Assembly (NCBI GenBank): GCA_043228905.1
Contig: JBHGNT010000014.1
Location: forward strand, 15,190,001-15,254,000
Reading direction: 5' to 3'
DNA length: 64,000 bases
DNA from: Azolla caroliniana
Taxonomy: Eukaryota > Plantae > Polypodiophyta
Shown here: positions 1-11,439 of the stretch, piece after piece
Position numbering within the stretch: position 1 is the stretch's first letter
Layout: every line of letters begins with the position of its first letter
Notes under the pieces: generated by a model
What the model was told of the DNA's origin: nothing
The model's database searches: none
What the model saw: only the letters and a program-made list of their open reading frames with translations
Translations under genes and position numbers: made by a program

Positions 1-1075
1 ATGTGTCTATGTATGTATGTGTTATGTGTGTGTATTTTCTATTGATGTACATATGTATGTATTGTATTGCAGGTGTATATATGTATGTGTGTGTATGTAC
101 ATATTGTATTGTATTGCATGTGTTGTATGTATTGTGTGTATGGCATGTGTGTGTGTATGTTCTTTACATGTGCATATGTATGTTTTCTATATATGGCACA
201 TGTGTATGTGTTATGTGTGTGTATTCATGCATACAATACAATACACACACACACACACACATACAACACGCACCACATACATATATACACATATGCACGT
301 ATGTACGTGTGTAGGTATGTACATTTGTATTGTATGTATGCATGCATGTATACACATGTATGGATGTAAGTTGGTATCATTGTAGGCATGTGTACGTATG
401 TACATGTAGAAATGTATGAATGAATATATGTATGTTCATGTGCGAATGCATGTATGTGTATATATGTAATATGTAATGTATTTATGTATCTTTTCAGGGT
501 ATTTTCGTGTTTAGTATGTTTATGTGTATGGCTCATATATGGATGTATGTTTGCAATATGCACATAATATGCGTGCATATATCCAACATATGTGTAAGTA
601 TACATATATCTAATGTGTGTGTGTGTGTATATATGTACCTTATAAGTATTGTAATTTGTATGACCCCGTATTACCTATGTATATATATGGTGATATGTGG
701 AATATGTATGTATGTATTTATATACATATATGCATATGTCCATGTTCATGATTCGATGTGTTTGGATGTGTGTTTTATAATATGTGCATAATATGTATGT
801 ATGTGTATGTATATATGTACTATTATATTGTGTATGACCATGTGTGTATTTGTGTTTCTATATGCGGTGATATGTATGTACATATGTAATGTATGTATGT
901 GTGTGATATGTACATAATATGCACTCATATATATGATGTGTGTGTATGTATGTAAATATTTAAGTATTGTAGTTTGTATGGTCCCACATAACCTATATAT
1001 ATATATATGGTGATATGTGGAATAAATGTACATATGCAATATATATAAATACATACATACATACATACATATATA
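1..1075. repeat. Low-complexity (TA/TG/CA) cryptic microsatellite tract with diverged internal duplication
   Basis: Almost entirely TATG/TGTG/TACA motifs. ~545-730 resembles ~885-1050. The M/Y/V/C-rich ORFs are artefacts. Confidence 0.9.
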
Positions 1076-1258
1076 TGTAATAATGTAGAGGGCATTTTAG
1101 AATATAAATTAATTCAGAATATGCTTATGATATTAGATTATATATTCTAAAAAGAATACGCACAAACTTGTTATTACAATGGTTAAGGATTTGACATGCG
1201 TATAACAAGGTTGTGAGTTCAATTCCTTTCGAGACAAAATGTGAGTGTCGTCATGACA
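1076..1258 (-). mobile_element. Truncated LTR remnant resembling the chromovirus LTR at 11053-11461
   Basis: Ends TCATGACA (1258) like 11454-11461, has the same tRNA-like module at a similar offset, and abuts a Copia RT frame at 1259. Left boundary uncertain. Confidence 0.55.
1168..1238 (+). promoter_or_regulatory. tRNA-like A-box/B-box module inside LTR remnant
   Basis: TATTACAATGG at 1172 and GTTCAATTCC at 1217, a 45-nt offset matching tRNA positions 8 to 53. Confidence 0.55.
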
Positions 1259-3003
1259 ACGGCATCCTTCGAAATGAAGGATCTTGGCGACCTTCATTAC
1301 TTCCTCAGGATCGAAGTGATCCGTTCCCCCTAAGACATATTGATCAGTCAGCGTCATTACACGCTGAATATGCTCTTCAAGTTTGGGATGGCAGATTGCA
1401 AGCCCATCTCGACCCCTCTAGATAGAAACGTAAAGCTTCGCTGAGATTTGGGAAAGGCGTGCAACCCGACACGGTTTCGACAGATGGTCGGAAGCCTCAT
1501 CTATTTGACAATCACTCGACCGAACCTCAGCTATCTGGTTGGAATGATCAGTCAATTTATGTTGCAACCCATGACTGAACCCCTTCTGTGCGCGCAAAGG
1601 ATATTACGATATATCAACGGCACGAAAGACATGGCGTTGTTGTATTGTGCAGATGTAGTCGAGCAGTTAGTCGGCTACACGAATGTCGATTGGGCCGAAA
1701 ATGCCCACGATCATAGATCCACATCCGGATACGCATTCTCATTGGGAAGTGCAGCGATCACGTGAAGCAATAAGAAGCAGCCAACAATAGCACTATCAAG
1801 CACAAAGGTCGAATATCGAGGGGCGACTGTCGCTACGTGCGAAGTCATTTGGCTAAAACGGCTATTACGGGATCTGCGCGTAGAGGTGTCTGATCCAATG
1901 ACGATCTACTGTGCCAACCTCAATAGCATCCATCTTGCGAAGAACTCTTGTTCCATGCCCGTTCCAAGCACATTGAGCTGCACTATCACTTTGTCTACGA
2001 GCATGTCCTTTCTGGTGAGGTCGAACTAGCGTATGTTCCGACTGGTCGGCAGGTTGCCGACATATTCACCAAGCCCCTTGGTCTCGACAAGTTATGCATT
2101 TCTTAGGTGAGCTCGGATTGCGTCACCTCGACACGCCGAACTTGAGGGGGAGACAGGAATAGGAATAGGAACAAGAGTGTGAAACGAGCGGTACTGACCG
2201 TGATTCCGAATCGGATGAAGAATTTGATTCGGGCCGGCTGAAGAAGCCGAAGAAGAAAGCATGGGCCGTAATCAAAAGGAAGAGCCAAAGAAAGCCAAGA
2301 CCAGGACGTGGTCTGATGTTGTCAAGGGCCTGGAAACAGAAGACGAATTGGAGACAACAAATTCGAGCGAAAGAGGAATTAAATCGGAAATGACTAATTT
2401 AATCGAAATGTTTGATTCGGACATTTCAAATCGACTGAGGGCCAAGCGGAGGAAAGGGTTGCAGAAGAGGCGCCAACACCGCAATAGCAAGGGAGCTGAG
2501 AAAGGCCGCATGGGCAGACAAGCCGACCGAAAGGGTCGAAGGAGCGCAAGTGATGCGTGAAGCCAGGAGAGCAGCGAAGATCCGGAAGAGCAGATGGAAC
2601 CTCAAGTTGAGCTTGAAGGGGAGTGTTGAGAGAAAAGCTCAACATTGGGTGCATAAACGAGTACATAACCCAATACGTAGACTGGGTGCATAAAACCGTA
2701 CGCAATATATGGTTGTGGCGGTATTGAAACCGAAAGGTTGTTAGAACATTATTCCTCGTAAGGAATAGTTTTGGGAGTTAGTGTGGAAGGCTCATTTATG
2801 AGCGGTCAAGTACTGTCAGTACTTGTGTCAGCCCGATAGTCAGGGCTTGTATAAGGTGCTCATTGAGTACGAAATATGTACAGAGAATTATTTTGAATAT
2901 AGTTTGTAGTTTCTCTCTCTCTGTCTCTCCCTCTCTTTCTTTGTGATTTCTGTGTTTCAATGAACTATCTTACTACTGAACCGTTGTCGTGATGTTTCTA
3001 ACA
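1259..3003 (+). mobile_element. Ty1/Copia 3' fragment (RT end, RNase H, charged extension, PPT, 3' LTR 2624-3003), pseudogenised
   Basis: FEMKDLGDLHYFL and GSLIYLTITRPNLSY motifs, RSTSGYAFSLG, frameshifts and stops. PPT CTTGAAGGGGAG precedes TGTTGAG (2624). LTR ends CTAACA (3003). Confidence 0.9.
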
Positions 3004-3008
3004 CATAG

Positions 3009-3845
3009 TGTGAAACCACCCTCGAAAAGAAGTAAAATAGTAGTTCAAATAAACTAGTATTGTGAAGTCAACTTTATTGATAGCAAAAATACTTTTCCAT
3101 TTTCCAAAGATAATTCCTTATAAATAGATGGTTAAAGGATTGAACCTTACAATAAATAATGATGAATATTAAGTTAGAGGCGGTTTTTAAAAGTAGACAA
3201 AAGTAGAGAAAAAGATGGAGAGAAAAAAAAAAGTACGTGGATATGAGGAGCACAGTAGAGTAAAAAGCTCATAATTTCCTCGTCAGATGTCCAAATTAGA
3301 AAACCAAAGACGCATAAGAAAGCTAACCCAAAGAGCTTTGTAAGAATATCTTGCGTGTGAAATTTGGGGCTAGAAAACAGAAATAGTGAGGAAAAGAAAA
3401 GTCGACTCATATAGACAAGCTTTTTTTTAGGGGAAAAAGGCAAGCAATCCTTCACAACTATAAAAGAAGGTTAGAGGGTCTTATTAAGATAGAGTTTTGA
3501 GTGGAGCATAGTCATATGTGCAAGAGTTCTTCCTCTCTACATTGTATACACATCCAAGTTTCATTCTTAAATTATAATAGCTTGATTCTTCCCTCTATAT
3601 CTACATCATTTGTTTATGTCTATGTTCCTATTTCTATACATATATGTTATTTGTAACTAAGCTTGGGAGCCTATTACGTGTTTCGTTATGCATATAGAGT
3701 TGCCAAAACTCTAACATTCACCACGATTCGGGCCTTGTACCTCAGTGGATTTCCAACGTCTCCCGGTTTCAGCTTGTACACCCACTTATTCTGGAGTGCT
3801 CTCTTACCTTTCGGAAGCTCTGTCAATTCATATGTGTGGTTCTCA
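3009..3845. mobile_element. Putative solo LTR of unassigned family
   Basis: TGTGAAACCAC...GTGGTTCTCA imperfect inverted ends and TATAAAA at ~3459. It truncates the Copia integrase at ~3846. No matching TSD found. Confidence 0.4.
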
Positions 3846-6800
3846 TGCAGGGTGATCTGTTAATCACGTACATCACCGTCATCAATGCCTCAGCCCAAAA
3901 TGTATAGGACAACTTAGCATATGCCAACATGCTCCAGACTCTCTCCATCACAGTTTGGTTCATCCGTACGGCCAATCCGTTCAGCTCCGGTGTCTTCGAC
4001 ACGGTGAATTTGAGCCGGCTTCCCTTCGACTGGAAATACTCCTCAAAATGCCCCTGGTATTCTCCTCTATTGTCTGCTCGAATTGCCTTCAGCTTCATAC
4101 CGGATTCCCTTTCCACGTTCGCGTGGAATTCCGTGAAGACGGATAATACCTGGTCTTTTATCTTCAGCGGCAAGACCCACAACTTCCGGATGTGGTCTTC
4201 TATGAACGTCACAAAGTACTACAATCTAGCATGTGACTTCGTGTCCAGCGGTGCATTCCATCTCATCAGTGGTCTTGTCAGGAAAGAGGTTTGGTTCTAC
4301 TTACCGGCCAAACAGTCGGTGCACTTCTTATCAAGCTGCACGTCCTTCACCTCCGGAATGAGGTTATCCTCGGCAAGTCTCCACATTCCCTTCTAGCTCA
4401 TTTGGCACAACCTCTTGTGACATAGCTCATCGGCAGTGTCGGATGCAACGTACACTTCTGCCTGGCAATTCGGGGCCTGCATCAAGTACAACGTGTTGAT
4501 CTTCCGAGCTCGGGCGACAATCAAGTTTCCTTTGCAAAACTTCATGACTCCGTTCGGGATGCTACCCATGTAGCCTTCATCATCTAGCCAATCGGCTAAT
4601 ATCAGGTTCAACCGAACCTCCGGAACGTGTTAGACATCTTTCAACAGCAACTTGCACCCTGTTGATGATGTTAGCCACATGTCTCCTATGCCGACAATTC
4701 AGCATGTGCCTTCATTCCCCATCCGAACACAACCGTGATCACCGGTTGTGTAGGATGAGAAGCATTTCCCGTCCGGTGTCAGATGGAACAACGCTCCGGA
4801 ATCGACAACCCATGTTGTCTTGTTGCCAACAAGGTTTAACTCATTTTGCTCGGTAATGAGCATCAGTTCTTCATCACTTGTCGTGATTGCCAATGTTCCT
4901 TTCCGATCCGAGCCTTTTCGGTCCGAGCCCTTCTTCGAAACGGCACTATCGGTTCCTTTCTCTTTTCGGAAATACTGGCAGTTTTTCTGGAACTGCCCTA
5001 GCTTCCCGCAATAGAAGCAAGTAGGCCTCCCCCTTGACTTCGACCACATCCCCGATTTGTCCTGGTTTTGGGGACTCTGATACCAACCTCTTCCTCCGTG
5101 TAAAAGAATAGTGTGCGGAAGCAATAGAGAACCGAATACAGAAACTCAGGTTTAATGGAGAGCTCAGAATATACATAGTATGCGGGAGAGTCAGAGAGAG
5201 GGAGCACACAGAAACTCAATTCAAAAATATTACTCAATCTGTAAATCGTATGTGTTTAGTGAACACTTTTATACAAGTTCATACAGACTGACAGAAGTAC
5301 GGTGTACTTCAATGCTCACACGAGCGTCTGACACTAACTACGAGACATTAACTACCTAGTAGCCTAGGTTGTTACTAAGCTTCTGGTTACTGTTGGATCC
5401 GGCTAACCTGCTCCCTCGCTGTTCAACAGGTCCAATTCAGCTCCCTCGCTGCTGTGACTTCGGTGCTTGCCGATTCGCCGATTCCTTCGTGTTGGCGTCG
5501 ACTTTTGGTGTCTTCTCGTCATCTTGACCTTCAATTGATCCGGTTCTTCCGAATCCGTCTGCTGAACCGAATCGGCTATCTTCCAGCTCTTGTCTGAATC
5601 GGTCGCTCCCGATTCGTTTTCCGGTTCCAGGCTCTTTACCACATCGGACCATGACTGGGTCTTGGCCTTCTTCTTCCGGTCGATTCTGTCCTTCTTGACT
5701 CTACCACCACTGCCGCTTGTTCCGACTTGTTCGGATGTGTCAACTTCCTTTGTCGACTCGGCGCCTTTCTTCTTCTTGTCTCTCCCCTTGTCTGTTCTTC
5801 CCTTACCGACACAATTGACAGTCTCTTTGCCTTTGCCTGTTCCGGTGTCTTTCCTAGTTCTCGCCCTCAAGTGTGGCACGTCGAGATGTTGAATGCCAAG
5901 CATTTTGGTGAAGTGTTGCAACTTGTCCGATCCAAGCAGTTTTGTGAAGATGTCAGCAACTTGCCGATCTGTATGAACATACCGAAGCTCGACTGCACCG
6001 CTCAGGACACGCTCACGCATGAAGTAGTAGTGCATTTCTATGTGCTTTGTGCGAGCATGGCATACGGGGTTCTTGGCAAGCTGCATGCTGCTTATGTTGT
6101 CATAGTAGATCAGGATCGGGGTTGGCACCTCGATCCACAGGTCTTGCAGCAGTCGCCGAAGCCAAATGGCTTCACAAGTGGCAACGGTAGCACCCCGGTA
6201 TTCAGCCTCAGTGCTCGGAAGGGCCACTGTTGGTTGCTTTTTGCTGCTCCATGCAACAGTCGTGCTACCAAGGGAAAACATATAGCTAGAAGTGGATCGG
6301 CGATCCGATGCATCGTCGGCCCAGTTGGCATTGTTGTAGCCGACTAGCTCTTTGGTTATACCATGCCTGTATAACAGTCCTCGTTCCTTTGTGCCGCTCA
6401 CATATCACAAAATTCGATGCACGCATAGAAGGTGCTCCACGGTCAACTTCTGCATACATTGGCTAATCACGCCAACTGGATAACTAATGTTGGGTCGGGT
6501 GATTGTCAAATATATAAGGCTTCCGATGATTTGTCGGAACCGTTTCTCATCGCAGGCCGGTCCGGAGTCGGAACGGAGCTTCTGGTTCCGATCCAAGGGT
6601 GTAGAGATAGGTCGGCATTCTGTCATGCCGAACTTGTACAACATATTCAACACATAGTGTCTCTGTGAGAGCAATATGCCGTCGGGGGTTCGGATCACCT
6701 CGATCCCAAGGAAATAGTGAAGGTTCCCCAGGTCCTTCATCTCAAATGCATCCGACAGTTGGGACTTGACTCAGCCGATTTCATCGAGTCCAGGTTCGGT

Positions 6801-9800
6801 GATGACTAGATCATAAACATACAACAAGAGGCAGATCGGACCATCTTGACCTTGCCGGATGAACAACGACGAGTTGGACTTGGAGGCCACAAACCCCATC
6901 TTATGCAACCGGTGCGTGATCTTCGTATTCCAAGCTCGGGGGGCTTGCTTCAGGCCATAAAGTGACTTCTTCAACCGGCATACATACAGTCGACTTGTTC
7001 ATGTCCGACTGGAAACCGGGGGGTTGGGTCATAAAGACCTCTTCTTCAAGATCGCCTTGAAGAAATGCATTCTTCACGTCCATCTGGTGAAGATGCCATC
7101 CCCTTGCCGCAGCAACCGCCAGCACCACACGAATCGTCGCCATCTTTGCGACCGGAGGGAAGGTTTGGTCGTAGTCGATTTCGTGGGTCTGCATGTATCC
7201 CTTCGCCACTAACCGGGCCTTGTACCGGTTAACCGAACCGTCAGCATTGTACTTTACCTTGTACACCCACTTACATCCGATCGGTTTACAATGTCTGGGA
7301 GGATCAACTAGGTCCCATGTGTCGTTGGCATTGAGTGTCCGCATTTCTTCCTTCATAGCAGCACGCCAATTTGCGTCCCTTGCCGCTTCTGCGTAGCTCT
7401 CCGGCTCACGCACTTCCGCCACCTTGGTCATGTACGCATAATGATGCCCCATGTACTCATTGTACCCATACTACTTCACGGGGTTCTTCTGGCGGGAAGA
7501 CCGACGTATCTTATCGTTACCCGGTTTGAGGCCCTTCTTGGTCGGGTCGGACATCATGCTCGAAGATCCACCTTCATCCTTTCCGGAGTCGGATTCGCTC
7601 CGATCTGACTCAACGTTGCAAGTTTCGTATTCCGGCATCTTCTTCTTCCCCTTCTCTTTGCGCGTGAACCGTCTCCTCGGTTCCTTGTGTGGGGAGAGCA
7701 TGGCAGAGTCTCCATTACTGGCCGGTTCCTCATCAGACTGGTCATCTCAACTCAGCCGCTCATTCGGTCCACTTAACCGAAATGAGATCGGACTCTCTTC
7801 TAGAGTGCCGAGATCTTCATCTTCTATCTGGACCGGTTCAGGCTCACTAGCCTCATCCTCCGGTATCGGGTTGGGGTCAGAAGTCGGAGCCGGTAAGACA
7901 TACCATGATGCCGTCTCATCAAACTCAACATCCCGGCTAACTTGGACCTGCTTCGTCCGGGGGTTATAACACTTATACCCCTTTTGCTCATGCGAGTGGC
8001 CGACCAGGATGCATTGCTCCGACTTTGCATCCAACTTCCTCTGCTTCTCCTCCGGCACATGCACATATGCAATGCTACCGAATATCTGAAGGTGTCTCAA
8101 ATTCGGCTTGCGTCCGAAATACAGCTCATGTGCATACACCTTGTCACCAATCCGGTGTCGCGTTGTTACGCGCGTGCGTGTGGAAGGGGCGGGACCGCAT
8201 GGGTCTTGGACTAGGGAGAAGAGGAGAAAGGTTAAGACAACGAATGGAAGATTAGCTCATAGCTCAAGAGGAGAAGAGAACGAATATGACGTTATGATAG
8301 AAAAAGAAGAAGATGATGAAGAAGATGGAGTCAAGACACTCAACAAGAAGTTCTATTAAGAAAACATAAACGCTTTACAATGGTGGCCACCATGGCCACA
8401 CCAAACGACTATAAGAAAACCCTAAAGGAAAACCCAAGAAGAAAACCCTAACCGAAACCCTAAAACCGAATAGGAAACCCTCGACCTAAGTGGTATGCCT
8501 CTCTCCCTCAAAATAGGCAACCCCTCATAAGTGACCCCTCCCTTCCTTTTATAGCCCAAGGAGGGAGGAACCTTACAATGTGGGATAAAATTCCCCTCTT
8601 CTTTCTACACACCATTTCCTAGTATACACGTGCACATGTTGCACACCACCGATTTGCCCATTTCACCCTGGTTTCACACTATAGCCGGAAATCTTCACGA
8701 CATCCACCCCCACCAAACCGCACATCCACCGGTATGTGCCAAGAAAGGAAAAGGGTGAGAGATTTCGACGACGGTGATCAACTGGGTCTTTCGCCTTACT
8801 GGCACCCAACCGTCTTGTCGGTCCCTTGCCAGCGCCGATCCGTCTTGCCGGCTCCTTACCGGCCCCAACGCGTCAACTCCATCCAATCCACCACGTCCAC
8901 CATGTGTCCCCGAACCGGCGGCTCCATCCGAACCGCCATATCCACCACACACGCCTTCCTCCCCGGTCGGTCCTCCCGAACGCCATTGCCGATCCGGTCA
9001 CTCTTTCTTTGTCCGCCACGTAGGTCCTCCAATTAGGCCCTTGGTCACCCCGTTTGCTCGCCGGATTCTGCCCCTCGCATACCGCTTGTGTTCTATCTCT
9101 GGCTCGATCCTCCCTTCGTCTCGAACACCTTGTGCCGATTCCCTCCGTTTCGCGCTCACCTTCCGTAGGCTCTTTCCGTGGGCCCTTGTTGTCTCCTGAA
9201 CATGCGCTCATTCTTCGGTCCCTCGACGTCCTCATTACACTCTCCTCGCTTCTCCATTGCGCGTCGTGCTCTCTCGCCGTAGAGCGTACCGCCATCCCGA
9301 CTACCATGTCAGTATCCTTCACAACTCCCGTTACCGCTTCATCCCGTCTCTCGTCCTCTTGGCCCGCTTGACCTCGCATGCCTTCCGGGACGCCACGCTT
9401 CCATAGCCCGTTGCTCTCCACGCACCTCCTCCGGTTCTTAAGACATAGCCTTCCATGCTCGCCGATCATCCTCGTGCTTGTCGTTCGGCCCTTACGCGGC
9501 CACATCGCACGTCTCGCACTCCGCTCCGCTCTGCGTACCCTTTCGAAAAGGTACGTTGCTTCCCCGACATCCGTGTCGGTGCTCTCGTCTTCGGTGTCCT
9601 CCGCAACCTCCGATGTTGCCGCTTCGCCCCGAGGTACACCCTCTTGGTCCGCCTCGCATGTCCTCCGAATGCGCTCCGGATCTCTCCGGTCGCACTCCAG
9701 TTTCCGCCCTTTGCGTGCCGCTCCTTTGGTTTTATCGTCTCCGCATGTCGAACACCTTGGTGTGTCGACTCTTCCCGCTCCGCACTTGCCTTCCGTAGGC

Positions 9801-11206
9801 TCTTCCCATGCGTCGATGGTGTCCCCCGAATATGCGCTCATTCTTTGGCCCTTAGGCGGCCCCATTCCGCATTCCTTGCCTCTCCTTTGCCCGTCGTGCT
9901 CTCTCGCCGTAGAGCGTACCATCATCCCGACCTCTGTGTCGGTGTCCCTCGAGGCTCTCGTTATCGCCTCGCCTCGACTTGCGCCCTCTTGGCCCACTTG
10001 GCCTTGTATGCCCTTCGGGAAGCCGCCACGTTTTCTCTTCCCGGTGTGTACCCCGTTGTTCTCCACGCATCCCCTCCGTTTTCCCAGACAAAATCCTTCG
10101 TTCATGCCGATCACACCCGTCTCGTTCTGTCGATCTTGGCGTCTCATCGCACCGCCTGTCGTCCCGCGCTTGCCTCTCGAAGGCTTCCTCCGACCATCAT
10201 CGTCGGTCACTCGTTGCGGCTCTCCGGGTGCATGCTTGCTTCTTGGCCCTTCGCCGGTCGTAGTGCACGCTCCGTTCTACGTCGTAATGCATGCTTCGTG
10301 TTACACTCTTCCCTCATTGTAGTCCCGACCTCCGCGTCGGCCTCTTCGTATTTCGTTGTCGTAGCCCCTTTCGACTCCGGCTTGCCATCTTGGTCGTGCT
10401 TGTCCGCCTTCACGCACCGGGTACCCGTTCCAGTAGCCTCGTCCGTTCCGGTCTCCGACTCCTCGCGGCCTTCCGCCGTCTCTTTGGTCTTACGTCGATC
10501 TGCAACCGCCAAAGTCTCAAGAATAGGTGAGGAGGGTCCCTCTCACTCTTGGCCTCCCACCGAGTCATACTCCTTGTGCATGCTTGGCCTCCTTCTCGTG
10601 CTCATCGGCTCCCACCGGGTGTTGTGGCCCGTTCGCCTCGACCTCCAATCATGCCGACTTAGCCTTCGCCCGGATCGGTCTCGGCTGATCGAGTTCCGGT
10701 TTGGTGCCCAGTTGACCGGACCCCGCTCCAATCTTCTTCCGCCTCGTCTTCCGGTCGTGTCGGATTATCGACCGGTTCATCTTCCAATCGGATCGGTTCC
10801 CGACTCTCTCCTCCTTGCCGCTCCCAACCTCTCCGTCGGTCCTCTTGTATATGCCCGTTCCGGGCCTCGCATCCTCATCTTCGCACGTGTTCACTCCGGG
10901 CCACGCCTCCTCATGGCCACCGACCTTCTCTCTGGTCTTATGTTGGCATTCGAGCGCAACCACTGTAGTCTCCGGTCTCGGTGTCGAGAGGTCTTGCCTC
11001 CGTCCGGTATGACCTTCCTCGTTGTCGTTTCGATCGTTCGCTTTGCCGCCGCTGTCAGAACCAAGGATAAAAGATAGAGTGATGGAAGAAGGATAGAGAA
11101 GAATGGATGTATAAGATAGAGAAAGAAAGAGAATGGATACAAGATATGTAATGAGAGCTAAAGACTGGTGTTGATTCGAATTGATTTGAGAATACATGTA
11201 TGCGCT

Positions 11207-11313
11207 TATTTATAGGTTCCTATAGAATAGCTTAGAGATTTCTAGAATGTTCTAGAATGTTCTAGACCTCGAATGCTCTAGGACATTCTAGAACATTCTA
11301 GAATAATCTAGAG
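11207..11313 (-). promoter_or_regulatory. LTR promoter: TATA box with adjacent heat-shock-element array
   Basis: TATAAATA on minus at 11207-11214. TTCtaGAAtgTTCtaGAAtgTTC 11240-11262 and TTCtaGAAcaTTCtaGAA 11286-11303. Repeated at ~14010-14116. Confidence 0.75.
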
Positions 11314-11367
11314 TTTTTACAATAATCAATGTAATACAAGAAGTAGCTTTTATTGTTTCATATAACA

Positions 11368-11439
11368 ATAAGCTATCTTAATGGTTGAGGTTTTCAAGTA
11401 TGAATTACAAGGTTCGAGGTTCAAGTCCGGGTGACGCCA
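11368..11439 (+). promoter_or_regulatory. tRNA-like A-box/B-box module in chromovirus LTR (second copy ~14171-14242)
   Basis: TATCTTAATGG 11374 and GGTTCAAGTCC 11418-11428, 45-nt offset. Ends TGACGCC-A at tRNA positions 66-73. Confidence 0.65.

Noticed and set aside
1-1075. Many overlapping M/C/V/Y-rich ORFs (also 38500-38850 and 53217-53521)
   Set aside because: They are translations of microsatellite or low-complexity DNA.
3137-3146. B-box-like GGTTCAATCC on minus in the putative LTR 3009-3845
   Set aside because: No A box at the 44-45-nt offset, so it was not counted among the tRNA-like modules.
5075-5085. PBS-like TGGTATCAGAG (minus) near LTR 5099
   Set aside because: It lies 13 nt outside A's 3' LTR, beyond the TSD, within host E gag codons (WYQS). 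A's real PBS is at 18227-18238.
8774-11077. Long ORFs (314-540 aa) on both strands
   Set aside because: GC-rich, stop-poor, internally duplicated sequence that is open in several frames at once, with no recognisable domain.
11368-11439. Functional tRNA genes at the tRNA-like modules
   Set aside because: Acceptor and anticodon stems do not pair. Only the boxes and spacing persist.
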